64,000 nucleotides of DNA, taken from contig CAWAOD010000016.1 of assembly GCA_963783575.1 (NCBI GenBank), positions 32,001 to 96,000 on the forward strand, in the 5' to 3' direction. Made by a program: the position numbers and the translations under genes. The stretch is from an uncultured Spirochaetota bacterium. Its GTDB lineage: Bacteria > Spirochaetota > Brevinematia > Brevinematales > JAOACQ01. Below the pieces are notes generated by a model that did not search any database, was not told the DNA's origin, and saw only the letters and a list, made by a program, of their open reading frames with translations. Positions 53,813 to 64,000 of the stretch are shown here, one piece after another. Each line of letters opens with the position of its first letter. Position 1 is the first letter of the stretch.

Positions 53813-54673
53813 CTAAATGAATTTATCCAGCCTGGATTTTAAATCCTTTGTTATTTCAAGGATAGGCAGCCTTGTTTCAAGGGAGTGTATGAGGCTCATC
53901 TTTTTAAGGCAATATTTTATGGGAGCGGGGTTAGGCTCTACAAATAAAATCGGGATCAAACCGGCCAGGTTTTTCCAGCTTTTAAGCGCGGCCTGATGAT
54001 CGTTTGCTTTCATTGAATTATAGATGGATACATATTCCAGGGTTTTAAGATGAGCCGCGGCCAGAATGCCACCGTTTCCGCCAAGGGATAGAGTGAGATA
54101 GAATAGTATATCCTCGCCTGTCATTATGGAAAAATCCTTGGGCGGATTTAGTAAAAGTTCCATTGACTGTTTAATGTCGCCGCATGAATCCTTCAGGCCA
54201 ACTATATTTTTCAAACCGGCAAGTTTATATAAAGTGCTGTTCTCAATATTTCTTCCGGTCCTATAGGGAATATTATAAATAATGATATTTAAGCCGGTGG
54301 ATTCGGAAATTTTGAGAAAATGCTCATAAATTCCCCTCTGGTCCGGACGGTTATAATACGGCGAGACCGATAAGATTCCATCGACTTTGTATTTTTCTAT
54401 AATTTTGACCAGGTTTACCACTTTAGCGGTGTAATTGCCGCCGGCTCCGATGTAAACCGGTATTCTTCCCCTAACGGTTTCCACTGTAATATCAATGATT
54501 TTTTCCAGCTCTTTTTCTAAAATTGCCGGGCTTTCGCCGGTGGTCCCGGCAGGGACGATCCCGGAAATTCCTTTGCCTATATAAAACTCGATCATTTTCC
54601 GGTAAGAATCCATATCCAGCTCATCATTAAGAAAAGGTGTTATTATCGGGAGCCAGACACCTTCTATTTTCAT
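53813..54673 (-). CDS. dapA: 4-hydroxy-tetrahydrodipicolinate synthase
   Basis: GTTGES, PYYNRP, YNIPYRTG, GLKDS, EPNPAPIK. Confidence 0.93.
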   Translation of the reverse strand: MKIEGVWLPIITPFLNDELDMDSYRKMIEFYIGKGISGIVPAGTTGESPAILEKELEKIIDITVETVRGRIPVYIGAGGNYTAKVVNLVKIIEKYKVDGILSVSPYYNRPDQRGIYEHFLKISESTGLNIIIYNIPYRTGRNIENSTLYKLAGLKNIVGLKDSCGDIKQSMELLLNPPKDFSIMTGEDILFYLTLSLGGNGGILAAAHLKTLEYVSIYNSMKANDHQAALKSWKNLAGLIPILFVEPNPAPIKYCLKKMSLIHSLETRLPILEITKDLKSRLDKFI

Positions 54674-54674
54674 T

Positions 54675-55613
54675 TTAATTTCCTCCATTGAATTTTATGC
54701 GTATTTTTTCCTTTTTCATGAACTCGTCAAAATCACCGATGATAATGATGCCTTTCTTGTAAAGAATGATATTTTTATAATTTTTCTGAATGTAAAGTTT
54801 GATTTTATCGATATATGCGTAAACACCCTCAAATACCATACCCCTGGCTATTATTGTCCTGTCCAGTTCTTCGGTTTCATTATTTTTACTTATCAATTGA
54901 TCCTTTTCATCCTGTAAAGCAAGCAAATGTTGCTGCAGGTCATTGTATTTTTGAACCTTTAAAGCCAGGTCCTGTTTTTTTTCCATTGGAAGCGAAACCA
55001 CACTTTTCCCGAGTAAACGAATAACTTTTATGAATTTTTCGAGGTCGTCAACCTGTTTTTTTAAATCTTCCATTTCCCGGTCAAGAATTATCAGAACAGT
55101 ATATGTATCCATCTGTTTGAAATTTGTCAACTTAACAATAGTTGTGATTTTATTGCTATTGCCGATAAAATTAGCCGCAATTTCAACGCCTGCTTCAATC
55201 TCCCCGCCCTCAATTATACCTTGATTATCAATCCCTGTATCAACCTGGAAATATATTGAATTTCTGGCAATAAGATGGGCATCCGAAGCAATTTCGGTTA
55301 CTTTGATATTATGGCCGGCCTTAAGTGTTGAATTATAAACAAATCCGGTTTCTATATCCTTGCCCGCATTAACCTGAGTTGTTACACCCCTGATGCCGCC
55401 TTTGACTATAATATTTCCGTTTATGGATTTAATTTTTGAATGAATCACATCGCCGTAAATCTCAATATTTTCACCGGCAATGATATAACAGCCGCTGTCG
55501 ACATTTCCATATATTATTAAACTCCCGGGATGATTAATAGGCTGGTTTGATGTTAGATCTCCTTTGATTTCCAGTTGATTTGCGGGTAGTTCCTTTGTAT
55601 TATCATTCGGCAT
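54675..55613 (-). CDS. Short FapA/DUF342-like beta-helix protein
   Basis: IKGDL...HPGSLIIYGNV...GNIIVKGGI repeats and a coiled coil, paralleling the C-terminal half of 61957-63936. Confidence 0.75.
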   Translation of the reverse strand: MPNDNTKELPANQLEIKGDLTSNQPINHPGSLIIYGNVDSGCYIIAGENIEIYGDVIHSKIKSINGNIIVKGGIRGVTTQVNAGKDIETGFVYNSTLKAGHNIKVTEIASDAHLIARNSIYFQVDTGIDNQGIIEGGEIEAGVEIAANFIGNSNKITTIVKLTNFKQMDTYTVLIILDREMEDLKKQVDDLEKFIKVIRLLGKSVVSLPMEKKQDLALKVQKYNDLQQHLLALQDEKDQLISKNNETEELDRTIIARGMVFEGVYAYIDKIKLYIQKNYKNIILYKKGIIIIGDFDEFMKKEKIRIKFNGGN

Positions 55614-55627
55614 ATTATTCCAGCCCT

Positions 55628-57226
55628 CTATTCGATCATATTTAAGAGTGACATTTTATCTTCCCCGTCATCCGGATAACTGGCTGTTAAGATATCCGCT
55701 TCGACATTTATTTGCCTATCATTATCAAATTCGTTTCTTGCAGCCTGATAAATTCTGTTTTTTATATCATCCAGATCGCTTTCGGCAATCGCAGGTAATA
55801 TTATCAGAATGCTTCCTGCGGTGTAGCGGATAACCGTACTTGTTAAAGGCAATTCTTTTAAAAGGGTTTCGTTGAAATTATCTAATTTTTGATAAGCGGT
55901 ATTTCCACTGTAGAATTGAATATATTTTGAAAAGTTTTTAAGTTTAAGCATCGCAAAAGTAACTCCGACACCAAAAGTTTCAGCCTTGCTGATATGATTT
56001 TCCATCAATGATAATACTGGATGGAAGGTATCCTGAAACCTGCTTTTTTGATCCTGGATCATCTGGGATATACGTATGGGATGGGAGATTTGTGATGAAA
56101 TAATTGAAAAAAGATCAAGAAGTTCATTATTATTCATGTTTATTGCATAATTGTCGATAGAAAAGATTATTATGCCTCCTACCTGTTTATCCAGGCTTAT
56201 AAGCGGAATAAGAATATATCCGCCGGATAATTCCATATCACCGTTTTTATAATCATCAAATTTAACTATAAATTCGATTACTCCGGGTTTGTTATTATTA
56301 AAAATAGACTCTTCCCGGCCAGAAAGATTAACCGAACAATTTATAATGGCTTCGTCCAGTCCTGCAACCTTTCTAACAACATATTTTCCGTCTTCCTGTG
56401 TAAATAAAAGTGCTTTTTTAACACCAAAACCTGTTGTTATTGTTTCCATTATCAGGGACAAAACTACCTGAGGGTCATCGCTTGAGTTTATAACTTTGCT
56501 GATTTCATAAAGAGTTGAAAGCTCGGAAAGCTTTTTATCAAGTCTTGTATACGCATTTTTCAATTCTCCGTAAAGCCCGGCGTTATCAAGCGCAACACCA
56601 GCAAGCGATGCCAGGGTAAAGAAAAATTGAAGCTCTTCATCGGTATAAGCAAGGTTTTCCGGTTTGTTGCCGATGATTATCAAACCGACAAGTTTATCAT
56701 TATTCTTCAAAGGAACAAGCTTTGTTATCTTGGGGTTGCCGGATATTGACAAATTATTAATATAAGGAAGCGCTTCGGATAGATTAATAACACCGTCATT
56801 TACTATTAAATATTGTATTAAATCCGGAGAAGCATTAAACGAACCTATATCTTCCAATCCCTTTTGATCTGATAAAATAAATGTTTTATCGGTTAATATA
56901 AAGATAGCGATTTCGGACAACCTGAATTGACCCATCAGGGTGAAAACCAAAATCTGAATAAGCTCGCTGACATTCAGGGTTGAGTTTAATTCGCGTCCTA
57001 TCTCAAAAAGTGTTTGTATATCGATAAGTTTTCTTTCAAGTTTTTCTTTAACTTCCGAAAGACCTCTGTTAAACTCGGATTTTATCTCTATGAGATCCTG
57101 CCTATTCAGGACTTTTCCTTCGAAATAGACTTCAAAATTTTTAATTTTATCATATATGGGAATATCCCTGTATTTAACAGCCTTATCTCTGAGTCCCATC
57201 CGGATCGACTCCTTATTAAATGCCAA
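55628..57226 (-). CDS. Double-GAF protein with degenerate GGDEF-like domain
   Basis: Two LxTLxEI..xNS GAF entries, YTDEEL, ALDNA; C-terminal LKNFSKY...IRYTAGS...YPDDG lacks GGDEF. Confidence 0.75.
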   Translation of the reverse strand: MAFNKESIRMGLRDKAVKYRDIPIYDKIKNFEVYFEGKVLNRQDLIEIKSEFNRGLSEVKEKLERKLIDIQTLFEIGRELNSTLNVSELIQILVFTLMGQFRLSEIAIFILTDKTFILSDQKGLEDIGSFNASPDLIQYLIVNDGVINLSEALPYINNLSISGNPKITKLVPLKNNDKLVGLIIIGNKPENLAYTDEELQFFFTLASLAGVALDNAGLYGELKNAYTRLDKKLSELSTLYEISKVINSSDDPQVVLSLIMETITTGFGVKKALLFTQEDGKYVVRKVAGLDEAIINCSVNLSGREESIFNNNKPGVIEFIVKFDDYKNGDMELSGGYILIPLISLDKQVGGIIIFSIDNYAINMNNNELLDLFSIISSQISHPIRISQMIQDQKSRFQDTFHPVLSLMENHISKAETFGVGVTFAMLKLKNFSKYIQFYSGNTAYQKLDNFNETLLKELPLTSTVIRYTAGSILIILPAIAESDLDDIKNRIYQAARNEFDNDRQINVEADILTASYPDDGEDKMSLLNMIE

Positions 57227-59042
57227 GTTTATCTAATATTTTAACATATAGGTCATAGTAATCTGATTTAGCAAATTGCTTGATCTTATCTTCCGGAAGG
57301 TTTTCCAGTAGATTGTCAAGATATGATAATACTGATTTTAATTCATCCTTTGTTTCAAGACTTAAATTACCGATATTTTCATCTATTATTTTTTCTTTAA
57401 TTTCCTTTTCCACAATTGCCTTTGCTTCATCAAATGCCGGTTTCGCAGTTTCCGATTCCGCAAATTCTGGCATTATATCAGGCTTACGCTGCTCTGTTAT
57501 ATCTTCCTGCATTTTATTTAATTCTTCAAGCTGTATTTCCTGTTTCTCAACTGTTGTTTCGGGCTTTACTTCTTCTTTAAATTCAAACCGGCCAATCGGT
57601 TCCTCCACTAACTGGATGCTTTCTTCAATTGAAGGTTTTATTTTCATTTCCGCTACTTCTTCGGCGTAAGGGATCTCTTCTTTTATTGAGACTTCTTCGG
57701 ATGTCCTTAATTCTTCAGGCAATTCAGCATTTTCAGCGGGACTTACCTCAGAGATATCTATATTGTTTAATTCATCAAGAGATAATGCAATCGGCTCGTC
57801 TTCCTCAATTTCTGCGACATCAGGAATAACAGACAGATCAAAACTGAAATCTTCAGCCTCTGCTTGAGGTGGTGCCGCTTCAACCGATTCTTGTATCTCA
57901 GGCGCCGCTTGTTCAGATTCTTTACTTGACCCTATTTCCTCCAGATCAATCCGTTCTTCTGCAAACGGTTCATTTAAGTTAAATTCAATTATTTCCGGTT
58001 GTTCAACTTTTTCCGATAATTGCTCCTCTGTAGCTATAAATTCCGTGCTTACAGGTTGAATCCCCAATGTTGAAATGGGTTCTTCCGCAGAAATAGTTTC
58101 TTCGGGAAGCGGTACAGGTTCAGCTTCTGATTTGATCTCAGGCGCTTCTTTTTCATTTCCTGTAAATTCAGGAGAAGGTATTCTCTGTTCTTCAACCGGA
58201 GATTCTTCGGAAGGAATTTCAAAACTTTCCACTCCAATTTCACTTATCGGGATTAATTCTTCTTCTTTTTCAGTTTCATATATTTCGGGGGCTTCTTCAT
58301 CAACCATGGCCTTTTCGATTACAGGAACTTCTTCTATCTTTTCAATACCACTTTTTATTTTTTCCTCAGGATGTTCTTCCGGAATAGGTGCGGCTGGCGC
58401 TTTATTCATTTCTTCTTTTTCAAAAATAGCCGGTCCTTCTTCTATTTCCAGATCTGACGAAAAGTTATTTTCTATTGGAGGTTTATTTGAAGGAAAATCA
58501 TTTGAAGGGAATTCATTCCCAGATGGAAGTTCACTTCCATAGATCATCTTATCCAATTCACTGCCGTCTATAGATATAATATCATCCTCAGATTCAAATA
58601 CAGAATCGTTTTTCATATCAGTTTCTTTTAGCTTAGATGATGGAGATATTTCATCAATTATAGGTTTTTCTTTTGGTAAGTCAGGTTCCGGAGTCTCGTT
58701 AAAAATATTTAAAGTTCCTATGCTGATATTTTGTTCCTTGGCGCTGGAAATTTCCGCTTTTTCTTCCTTTTGATTATTTCCAGAAAACGCACCGGATAAA
58801 CCGCCGTTCAAGTTAATATTAATTCCCCCAGGAATATTTCCGGATGATAAATCGATTTTATTATTGATGGAACCAAATTTAGTTTGACCTGCGCCCTTCA
58901 TTTCATCTTCCGGAGATTCAGTTTCTTCGACTACTTCGGGAAGTTCAGCCGGTTCTTTAAATTCCATATCATCAAGGGTAATTGTCTCAATATCCATATC
59001 CAGAATGAAATCATCTAATACTTCTATATTTTCATCCGGCAT
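57216..59042 (-). CDS. Highly acidic low-complexity protein with helical C-terminal domain
   Basis: Glu/Pro/Ile-rich body; C-terminus LKSVLSYLDNLLENLPEDKIKQFAKSDYYDLYVKILDKLGI resembles a spirochaete-conserved motif. Confidence 0.8.
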   Translation of the reverse strand: MPDENIEVLDDFILDMDIETITLDDMEFKEPAELPEVVEETESPEDEMKGAGQTKFGSINNKIDLSSGNIPGGININLNGGLSGAFSGNNQKEEKAEISSAKEQNISIGTLNIFNETPEPDLPKEKPIIDEISPSSKLKETDMKNDSVFESEDDIISIDGSELDKMIYGSELPSGNEFPSNDFPSNKPPIENNFSSDLEIEEGPAIFEKEEMNKAPAAPIPEEHPEEKIKSGIEKIEEVPVIEKAMVDEEAPEIYETEKEEELIPISEIGVESFEIPSEESPVEEQRIPSPEFTGNEKEAPEIKSEAEPVPLPEETISAEEPISTLGIQPVSTEFIATEEQLSEKVEQPEIIEFNLNEPFAEERIDLEEIGSSKESEQAAPEIQESVEAAPPQAEAEDFSFDLSVIPDVAEIEEDEPIALSLDELNNIDISEVSPAENAELPEELRTSEEVSIKEEIPYAEEVAEMKIKPSIEESIQLVEEPIGRFEFKEEVKPETTVEKQEIQLEELNKMQEDITEQRKPDIMPEFAESETAKPAFDEAKAIVEKEIKEKIIDENIGNLSLETKDELKSVLSYLDNLLENLPEDKIKQFAKSDYYDLYVKILDKLGI

Positions 59043-59064
59043 AACCTTACCTCACAATAATATT

Positions 59065-59475
59065 TTATCCCTTTATATTAAGGCTGTTTGATTTGTTTAT
59101 AGACTCACTTTTTTTCTGGGTTTTCAGTATAGTTTCCCATGCTTCCTTTAAAGTAACGAGCAATTTTATAATCTCATTAATAATTTCTGTGTTTTTCTCG
59201 ATATTGGCTTCCAATAATCTCCTGTTTATATAAATATAAAGGCTGTAAAGATTATGTGCTATTTCTCCCGCATCAAAATTCAGAGAGGTCATCAATTCGG
59301 ATATAATATCCTGCGCCTTTATAATATTATTATTTGCGATATCCAATTTCTTATTGCTGATGCCGTCCTTTGCAATATTCAAAAACTTTATTGCCCCGGT
59401 ATAGAGCATAACTACCAGTTTTAAACCGCTTGCTGTTTCAATTTCCACCTCTTTGTAATTTTTGTAACCTTCCAT
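59065..59475 (-). CDS. fliS: Flagellin export chaperone FliS
   Basis: ETASGLKLVVMLY, KAQDIISEL, NLYSLYIY, LKEAW. Confidence 0.95.
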   Translation of the reverse strand: MEGYKNYKEVEIETASGLKLVVMLYTGAIKFLNIAKDGISNKKLDIANNNIIKAQDIISELMTSLNFDAGEIAHNLYSLYIYINRRLLEANIEKNTEIINEIIKLLVTLKEAWETILKTQKKSESINKSNSLNIKG

Positions 59476-59509
59476 TAAGCTCCTCTTTAAACATTAAATC
59501 TTTAATCAT

Positions 59510-59536
59510 AAATCGGCATTCTAAGCTTAATTCTTA
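59510..59536 (-). promoter_or_regulatory. Putative sigma28 (FliA) promoter
   Basis: TAAG-15 nt-GCCGATTT versus consensus TAAA-15-GCCGATAA, 35 nt upstream of fliS. Confidence 0.65.
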
Positions 59537-59544
59537 AGAAACTT

Positions 59545-60285
59545 TTATTTCATTCTTTTAAATGCTTCAAGAATATCCATTGGAATCGGAAAAACTATTG
59601 TTGTGGCATTTTCAGCCGATATTTCCATTAATGTCTGCATATAGCGGAGTTGTAATGATGCCGGTTCCTGAACCAACTTTTGCGCTGCTTCAAGAAGTTT
59701 TTCCGAGGCCTGCAGTTCGCCTTCCGCAGCAATTACCTTTGCCCTTCTTTCACGGTCGGCCTCAGCCTGTTTTGCCATTGCCCTCTTCATTTCTTCCGGT
59801 AAAATGACATCCTTGACTTCAACCTTGGAAACCTTGATTCCCCATGGATCCGTCATCTCATCAATAATTACCTGAAGTTCCTCATTGATTTTTTCCCTCT
59901 GCTGAAGAAGGCCATCCAGTTCGAACTGTCCGAGTATGCTTCTAAGAGTTGTTTGTGAGATTTGCGAAGTGGCGAACATAAAGTCTTCTACCTCAATGAC
60001 AGCCTTATCCGGATGAATAACCCGGAAATATACCACGGCATTAACCTTTACCGAAACATTATCTTTTGTAATAATATCCTGGGGTGGAACATCAAGGGCA
60101 ACAGTACGCAGTCCGATCTTTACCGGCCTGTCAACTCCAGGGATAATAAAAACAAGTCCAGGGCCTTTTACTTTGAAGAATTTTCCGAGTCTGAAAACAA
60201 CCAGTCTCTCATATTCCGTAACAATTTTAATAGTGGCAAATAATACGATAATCAGAAAAACAACTACATAAATAATATTAAGCAT
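59545..60285 (-). CDS. SPFH/stomatin (slipin) family protein
   Basis: [41 protein letters not shown]. Confidence 0.93.
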   Translation of the reverse strand: MLNIIYVVVFLIIVLFATIKIVTEYERLVVFRLGKFFKVKGPGLVFIIPGVDRPVKIGLRTVALDVPPQDIITKDNVSVKVNAVVYFRVIHPDKAVIEVEDFMFATSQISQTTLRSILGQFELDGLLQQREKINEELQVIIDEMTDPWGIKVSKVEVKDVILPEEMKRAMAKQAEADRERRAKVIAAEGELQASEKLLEAAQKLVQEPASLQLRYMQTLMEISAENATTIVFPIPMDILEAFKRMK

Positions 60286-60514
60286 AAATTCCTCCAACAA
60301 ACTCTGTTTTATTATATTATAATTTAGCTATTGTAAAGTCAAGACTTTAAAGGATATTTTTTTATCTTTTCCGGCTGGTTTATAAAGTATTCAAAAGTTT
60401 GTAAAGTTGTTCTTCATCAAATATAATTAAGAAGATTTTAAAAAGTTTGCGCAGGTTAAATTTCAGGTTTAAATTGAAGTTTTTAAGTAAATATTGTTTT
60501 TAAGGAAATTTCTT

Positions 60515-61864
60515 ATGAAAATAGAAATCAGCCAGGAGCAGCGCCAAATCATTTCCCCAGCTCTGATTCAAACATTGGAGCTTGTAATGCTTCCAGCTCT
60601 GGAATTGAAAGAAAAGATTGAGGAAGAGGTAAAAGCGAATCCGGCTCTTCAACTTGAAAAAAAGAGATTGGAACATACCAAATCAAGGCTGAAAAATAAA
60701 AACTCCAGCAATTTTGACAGCCAGGCATTTCTTGAAAATCTCTCGGTTTATGATTTTAATCTCTATAAGTATATGATGGATCAGGTAATTAATTTATCAT
60801 TTACCGGTAAAGAGAAAATAATCAGCGAAATAATTCTCTCAAGTATAAATGAAAACGGTTTTCTGCAGGAGACCGATGAAAAAGGACATGTCCATCAATT
60901 GCCTCCGGAAAAATTAATAGAGAATTCCGATATTACGTTAAATGAGTTTGAAGAGGTACGTAAACGAATACAACGGCTTGACCCTATAGGGATTGCTTCT
61001 TACAATTCCTACGAGTATTTAGTCCTTCAGGCGGAAGAAAAATTCGGAAAAGAAAGCCTGGAACACTTTATAATCCGGGACTGTAAGGATTTTCTGGAAA
61101 AGAAATTATTTACAAAAATTGGCAGAGAATTGAACATAAGTTTTGATAAGGTAGTAAAAGCAATTGAACAAATAGGAACCCTGAATCTTGTTCCGGCATC
61201 AAACTTTTCGATGGGAACTCCCCAGTATATAATACCTGATGCCTTTGTTTTAGTAAATGATAACGGTATAAAGCTTACATTAAACGATGAATATATACCG
61301 GATGTAAAGCTTAACAGGCATTGTCTGGATCTTTACAGCAGTGAAACATTTAGAGGGAAAAAAACATCTCTTGATAAAAATGACAGGCAATTTTTAAAGG
61401 AAAACATTGAGAAAGCAAAAATACTTATAGAGAATCTGAAATCAAGAAAAGAAATCATTTTTAAAGTAATATTAAAGATTGTTGAAAAACAAAAAGATTT
61501 TTTTTTAAAGGGATATCAATACCAAATTCCTTTAAAATTAAAGGATATTGCCGATGAATTAAATATACATGAATCCACTGTCAGCAGGGTTGTAAGGGAC
61601 AAATATATCCAGACAAATAAGGGAATAATCAACCTTAAAAGTTTTTTTTCAACGAATATTGGAAACAGGGATACTTCTTCAAAGAGTGTAAAAGAAATTT
61701 TAAAAAGTTTTATTGAGGCTGAAGATAAGAATAATCCTTTAAGTGATGATAAAATAGTTCAGATACTAAAAAAGAAGGGAATACAGATTTCCAGGAGAAC
61801 CGTAGCTAAATACAGGGCGGAATTGAATATCCCGCCTGCTTTTATGCGGAGAAATCCTATTTAA
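60515..61864 (+). CDS. rpoN: RNA polymerase sigma-54 factor
   Basis: Region I, LDPIG, IHESTVSR HTH, PLSD, RpoN box SRRTVAKYR. Confidence 0.95.
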   Translation: MKIEISQEQRQIISPALIQTLELVMLPALELKEKIEEEVKANPALQLEKKRLEHTKSRLKNKNSSNFDSQAFLENLSVYDFNLYKYMMDQVINLSFTGKEKIISEIILSSINENGFLQETDEKGHVHQLPPEKLIENSDITLNEFEEVRKRIQRLDPIGIASYNSYEYLVLQAEEKFGKESLEHFIIRDCKDFLEKKLFTKIGRELNISFDKVVKAIEQIGTLNLVPASNFSMGTPQYIIPDAFVLVNDNGIKLTLNDEYIPDVKLNRHCLDLYSSETFRGKKTSLDKNDRQFLKENIEKAKILIENLKSRKEIIFKVILKIVEKQKDFFLKGYQYQIPLKLKDIADELNIHESTVSRVVRDKYIQTNKGIINLKSFFSTNIGNRDTSSKSVKEILKSFIEAEDKNNPLSDDKIVQILKKKGIQISRRTVAKYRAELNIPPAFMRRNPI

Positions 61865-61866
61865 AT

Positions 61867-61944
61867 TAGCTGCCAGTCTTTAGTCGCTAGTCGTTAGCTA
61901 ATCCCGGAACAGCTAGTGATTAGCGACTAACAGCTAGCGGCTAA
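61867..61944. repeat. Inverted pair of heptamer tandem arrays
   Basis: Five TAGTCGY-like units, an 8-nt loop, then five CGACTAR-like units. Confidence 0.7.
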
Positions 61945-61956
61945 ACAGGGGGTGCT

Positions 61957-63936
61957 ATGGACAGGTTGAAAGATTTATTGGATCAGGATCAGGAAAAGGA
62001 TATGCTCGGAGCAAAGAGCGCGGCTTTGCCCGAATTTACTGAAGTTGAAGTGTTTGCATTTTCAATTGAGGAAGCTTTAAAAAGCGCGGCTGAAGCATTG
62101 AATACCAGTATTGTTAATCTTGAATATGAAATCATCGAAAGAGGTCAGAGTGGATTCTTTGGAATAGGAAAAAAACCTCATAAAATTCTTGTTAAATTAT
62201 CTGAAAATACTTCATTGAATGATGAATCCCTTATTGAGGACTTTGATGTTTCTTATGATGAACCTGCTATGACTATGAATCAGGATGGAAAATTTAAAGT
62301 GCTTATTACAAAAGACGGTGTTTTGCTTAAAGTCGATCCGTCCAAAGGCAGTGGAAATCCGGTTAGCTTTCAAGTGATCCAGGCAAATCTTTCAACAAGA
62401 GAAATACAAAAATATAATGAAAATGCGATAAAAAAAGAAATTGAAGTCCCAAGCGGGAATTATGTTAAGATCGGTGAATATATACCGTCTCAATATGACA
62501 GCCGTTTTCAGATTCAGGTTTCTCCCGATGAGATGAAAGCCTATGTCACATTTACCAAACCGGAAAAATTCGGTAGGGTCGCAAGCCCGGAAGAAGTATT
62601 ATCAGGGCTGAAGGCTAAAAATGTTTTTTATGGCATTAGAGAAAACACCATAAAGGAAGCCATTGAAAATGAACTTTACAATATGCCGATTATTATAGCT
62701 GAAGGAGATCAGCCGGCTGAAGGCAGGGACGCACAGATTAAATATCATTTTAAAATGGATAAGGATGATGTAAAATTTCAGGTAAGCGATGACGGCAATG
62801 TTGATTTTCATAAACTGGACCTTATTCAAAGTGTTGTTGTCGGACAGGTTGTTGCGACCAAAATGCCGGCTGAAAGGGGAAAAGCGGGTAAAACTATTAC
62901 CGGAAGGGTTATACCTTCAAGAGACGGAAGGGATATAAAGTTGTCAAGCGGAGCCAATACACATCTTTCTCCTGACGGTTCTCAGGTAATCGCCGATATT
63001 AACGGCCAGGTTATTTTTAAAAACAATAAAATACAGATTGAGCCTGTTTTTGAAGTTAACGGAGATGTCGATCTGACAACCGGAGATATTAATTTTCCAG
63101 GCAATGTTATTATTTACGGAAATGTGAACGATACTTTTAAAGTCTATTCGGGCGCCAACATAGAAATAAAAGGTAATATCGGTAAATCAAAGGTAGTTGC
63201 GGAAGGCAATATAATAATACGGCAGGGAATACAGGGAAAAGATGAGGCATCAATTATAAGTGCCGGGGATGTTTACGCGAAATTTATTGAAAGGGCCAAT
63301 ATTAAAGCCGACGGCTATGTGATTGTTTCTGAAGTTATTCTTCACAGTAATGTTGAATGTAAGAAGAAGGTCATCTGCCAGGGAGGGAAAAGATCACAGA
63401 TCGCCGGGGGAAGAGTACGTGCTTTACTTGAGATTAACGCCAAGTTTTTAGGAGCTGAGTCTTATACCGAAACAATTCTTGAAGCCGGTATAGATCCGTC
63501 AGCGGAGGATAGGATTACCGAAATTCATAAAAGAAAAGATGAAATCACAAAAGAATGGCCGGATGTAACCCAGCAGATTTCAAACCTTACGATGTTGATG
63601 TCCGGCGGGCCGCTGACTCCTGAAAAACAGGAGCTGTTCAACACTTTGACGCTGAAAAATAACGAATTTAAACAGGAGATGAACGGGCTTGAAGAACAGC
63701 TTCACCAGCTTATGACATATCTTGAAAGCCTTGGTAAGGATGCGAAGATTGCCGCATCTAAAACAGTTTATCCCGGTGTAAAGGTAAAAATTAAAAGCGA
63801 GGTCCTTATCGTTAAAAACGAATATAAATTCGTGACATTCTTTAAGGAAGGAGCGTATATTAAAGTTGCCCCGTATGAAAAAACAAAAGAAATGGAAGAA
63901 AAAATGAAGGAAGGGACTAGAGCCAGGAGAGTTTAA
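61957..63936 (+). CDS. fapA: Jag-N + FapA (DUF342) flagellar assembly protein
   Basis: Jag-N (EEAL...YEIIERGQSGFFGIGKKP), VSPDEMKAY, VDFHKL, VNGDVDLTTGDINFPGNV. Confidence 0.85.
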   Translation: MDRLKDLLDQDQEKDMLGAKSAALPEFTEVEVFAFSIEEALKSAAEALNTSIVNLEYEIIERGQSGFFGIGKKPHKILVKLSENTSLNDESLIEDFDVSYDEPAMTMNQDGKFKVLITKDGVLLKVDPSKGSGNPVSFQVIQANLSTREIQKYNENAIKKEIEVPSGNYVKIGEYIPSQYDSRFQIQVSPDEMKAYVTFTKPEKFGRVASPEEVLSGLKAKNVFYGIRENTIKEAIENELYNMPIIIAEGDQPAEGRDAQIKYHFKMDKDDVKFQVSDDGNVDFHKLDLIQSVVVGQVVATKMPAERGKAGKTITGRVIPSRDGRDIKLSSGANTHLSPDGSQVIADINGQVIFKNNKIQIEPVFEVNGDVDLTTGDINFPGNVIIYGNVNDTFKVYSGANIEIKGNIGKSKVVAEGNIIIRQGIQGKDEASIISAGDVYAKFIERANIKADGYVIVSEVILHSNVECKKKVICQGGKRSQIAGGRVRALLEINAKFLGAESYTETILEAGIDPSAEDRITEIHKRKDEITKEWPDVTQQISNLTMLMSGGPLTPEKQELFNTLTLKNNEFKQEMNGLEEQLHQLMTYLESLGKDAKIAASKTVYPGVKVKIKSEVLIVKNEYKFVTFFKEGAYIKVAPYEKTKEMEEKMKEGTRARRV

Positions 63937-64000
63937 TACTTATGCTTAATATTACACTTGTAGATTTTTCTGATTGAATATACTATAATAAAGTGTCTCG

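Noticed and set aside
57216..59042. Tandem DNA repeat in the acidic protein
   Set aside because: Low complexity only, apart from one short EFPSN/DFPSN duplication; no regular array.
1..64000. CRISPR arrays, tRNA/rRNA genes, known riboswitches, prophage or defence genes
   Set aside because: No repeat-spacer pattern or recognisable motif was seen by eye; a covariance-model scan would be needed to exclude small RNAs fully.

Overview
A low-GC bacterial chromosomal window. It is probably from a spirochaete (inferred from a Jag-N/FapA fusion, an acidic protein with a spirochaete-type C-terminus, and fliS/rpoN context). Housekeeping genes include an EF-G paralogue, HU, a GldAFG-like ABC system, nth, fabF, dapA, fliS and rpoN. 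Accessory blocks are: (i) an SBP-MCP-cheB-cheR(TPR)-cheW-cheW-cheA(REC)-MCP-cheY chemosensory cluster of the Wsp/Frz type; (ii) several PAS/GAF histidine kinases, one of them a mosaic with a cheB fragment; (iii) a complete IS1182-family element with 24-bp hairpin-forming TIRs and a 3-bp TSD, inserted into a REP-like sequence; (iv) a partial type IV pilin/T2SS operon with non-canonical Ala(-1) prepilins; (v) a TetR-EFR1 pair with a perfect 48-bp operator palindrome; (vi) a small protein-ParA-GH67-like-PHP/GT4 cluster facing a secreted metallophosphoesterase, which is my best candidate for an undescribed system (possibly phosphate-starvation glycolipid remodelling); (vii) a putative sigma28 operon fliS-acidic protein-GAF/degenerate GGDEF-FapA-like-dapA. 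Several genes are broken by single-base indels that look like sequencing errors. I saw no rRNA, tRNA or CRISPR array. All product calls come from motif recognition by eye; no database searches were run.
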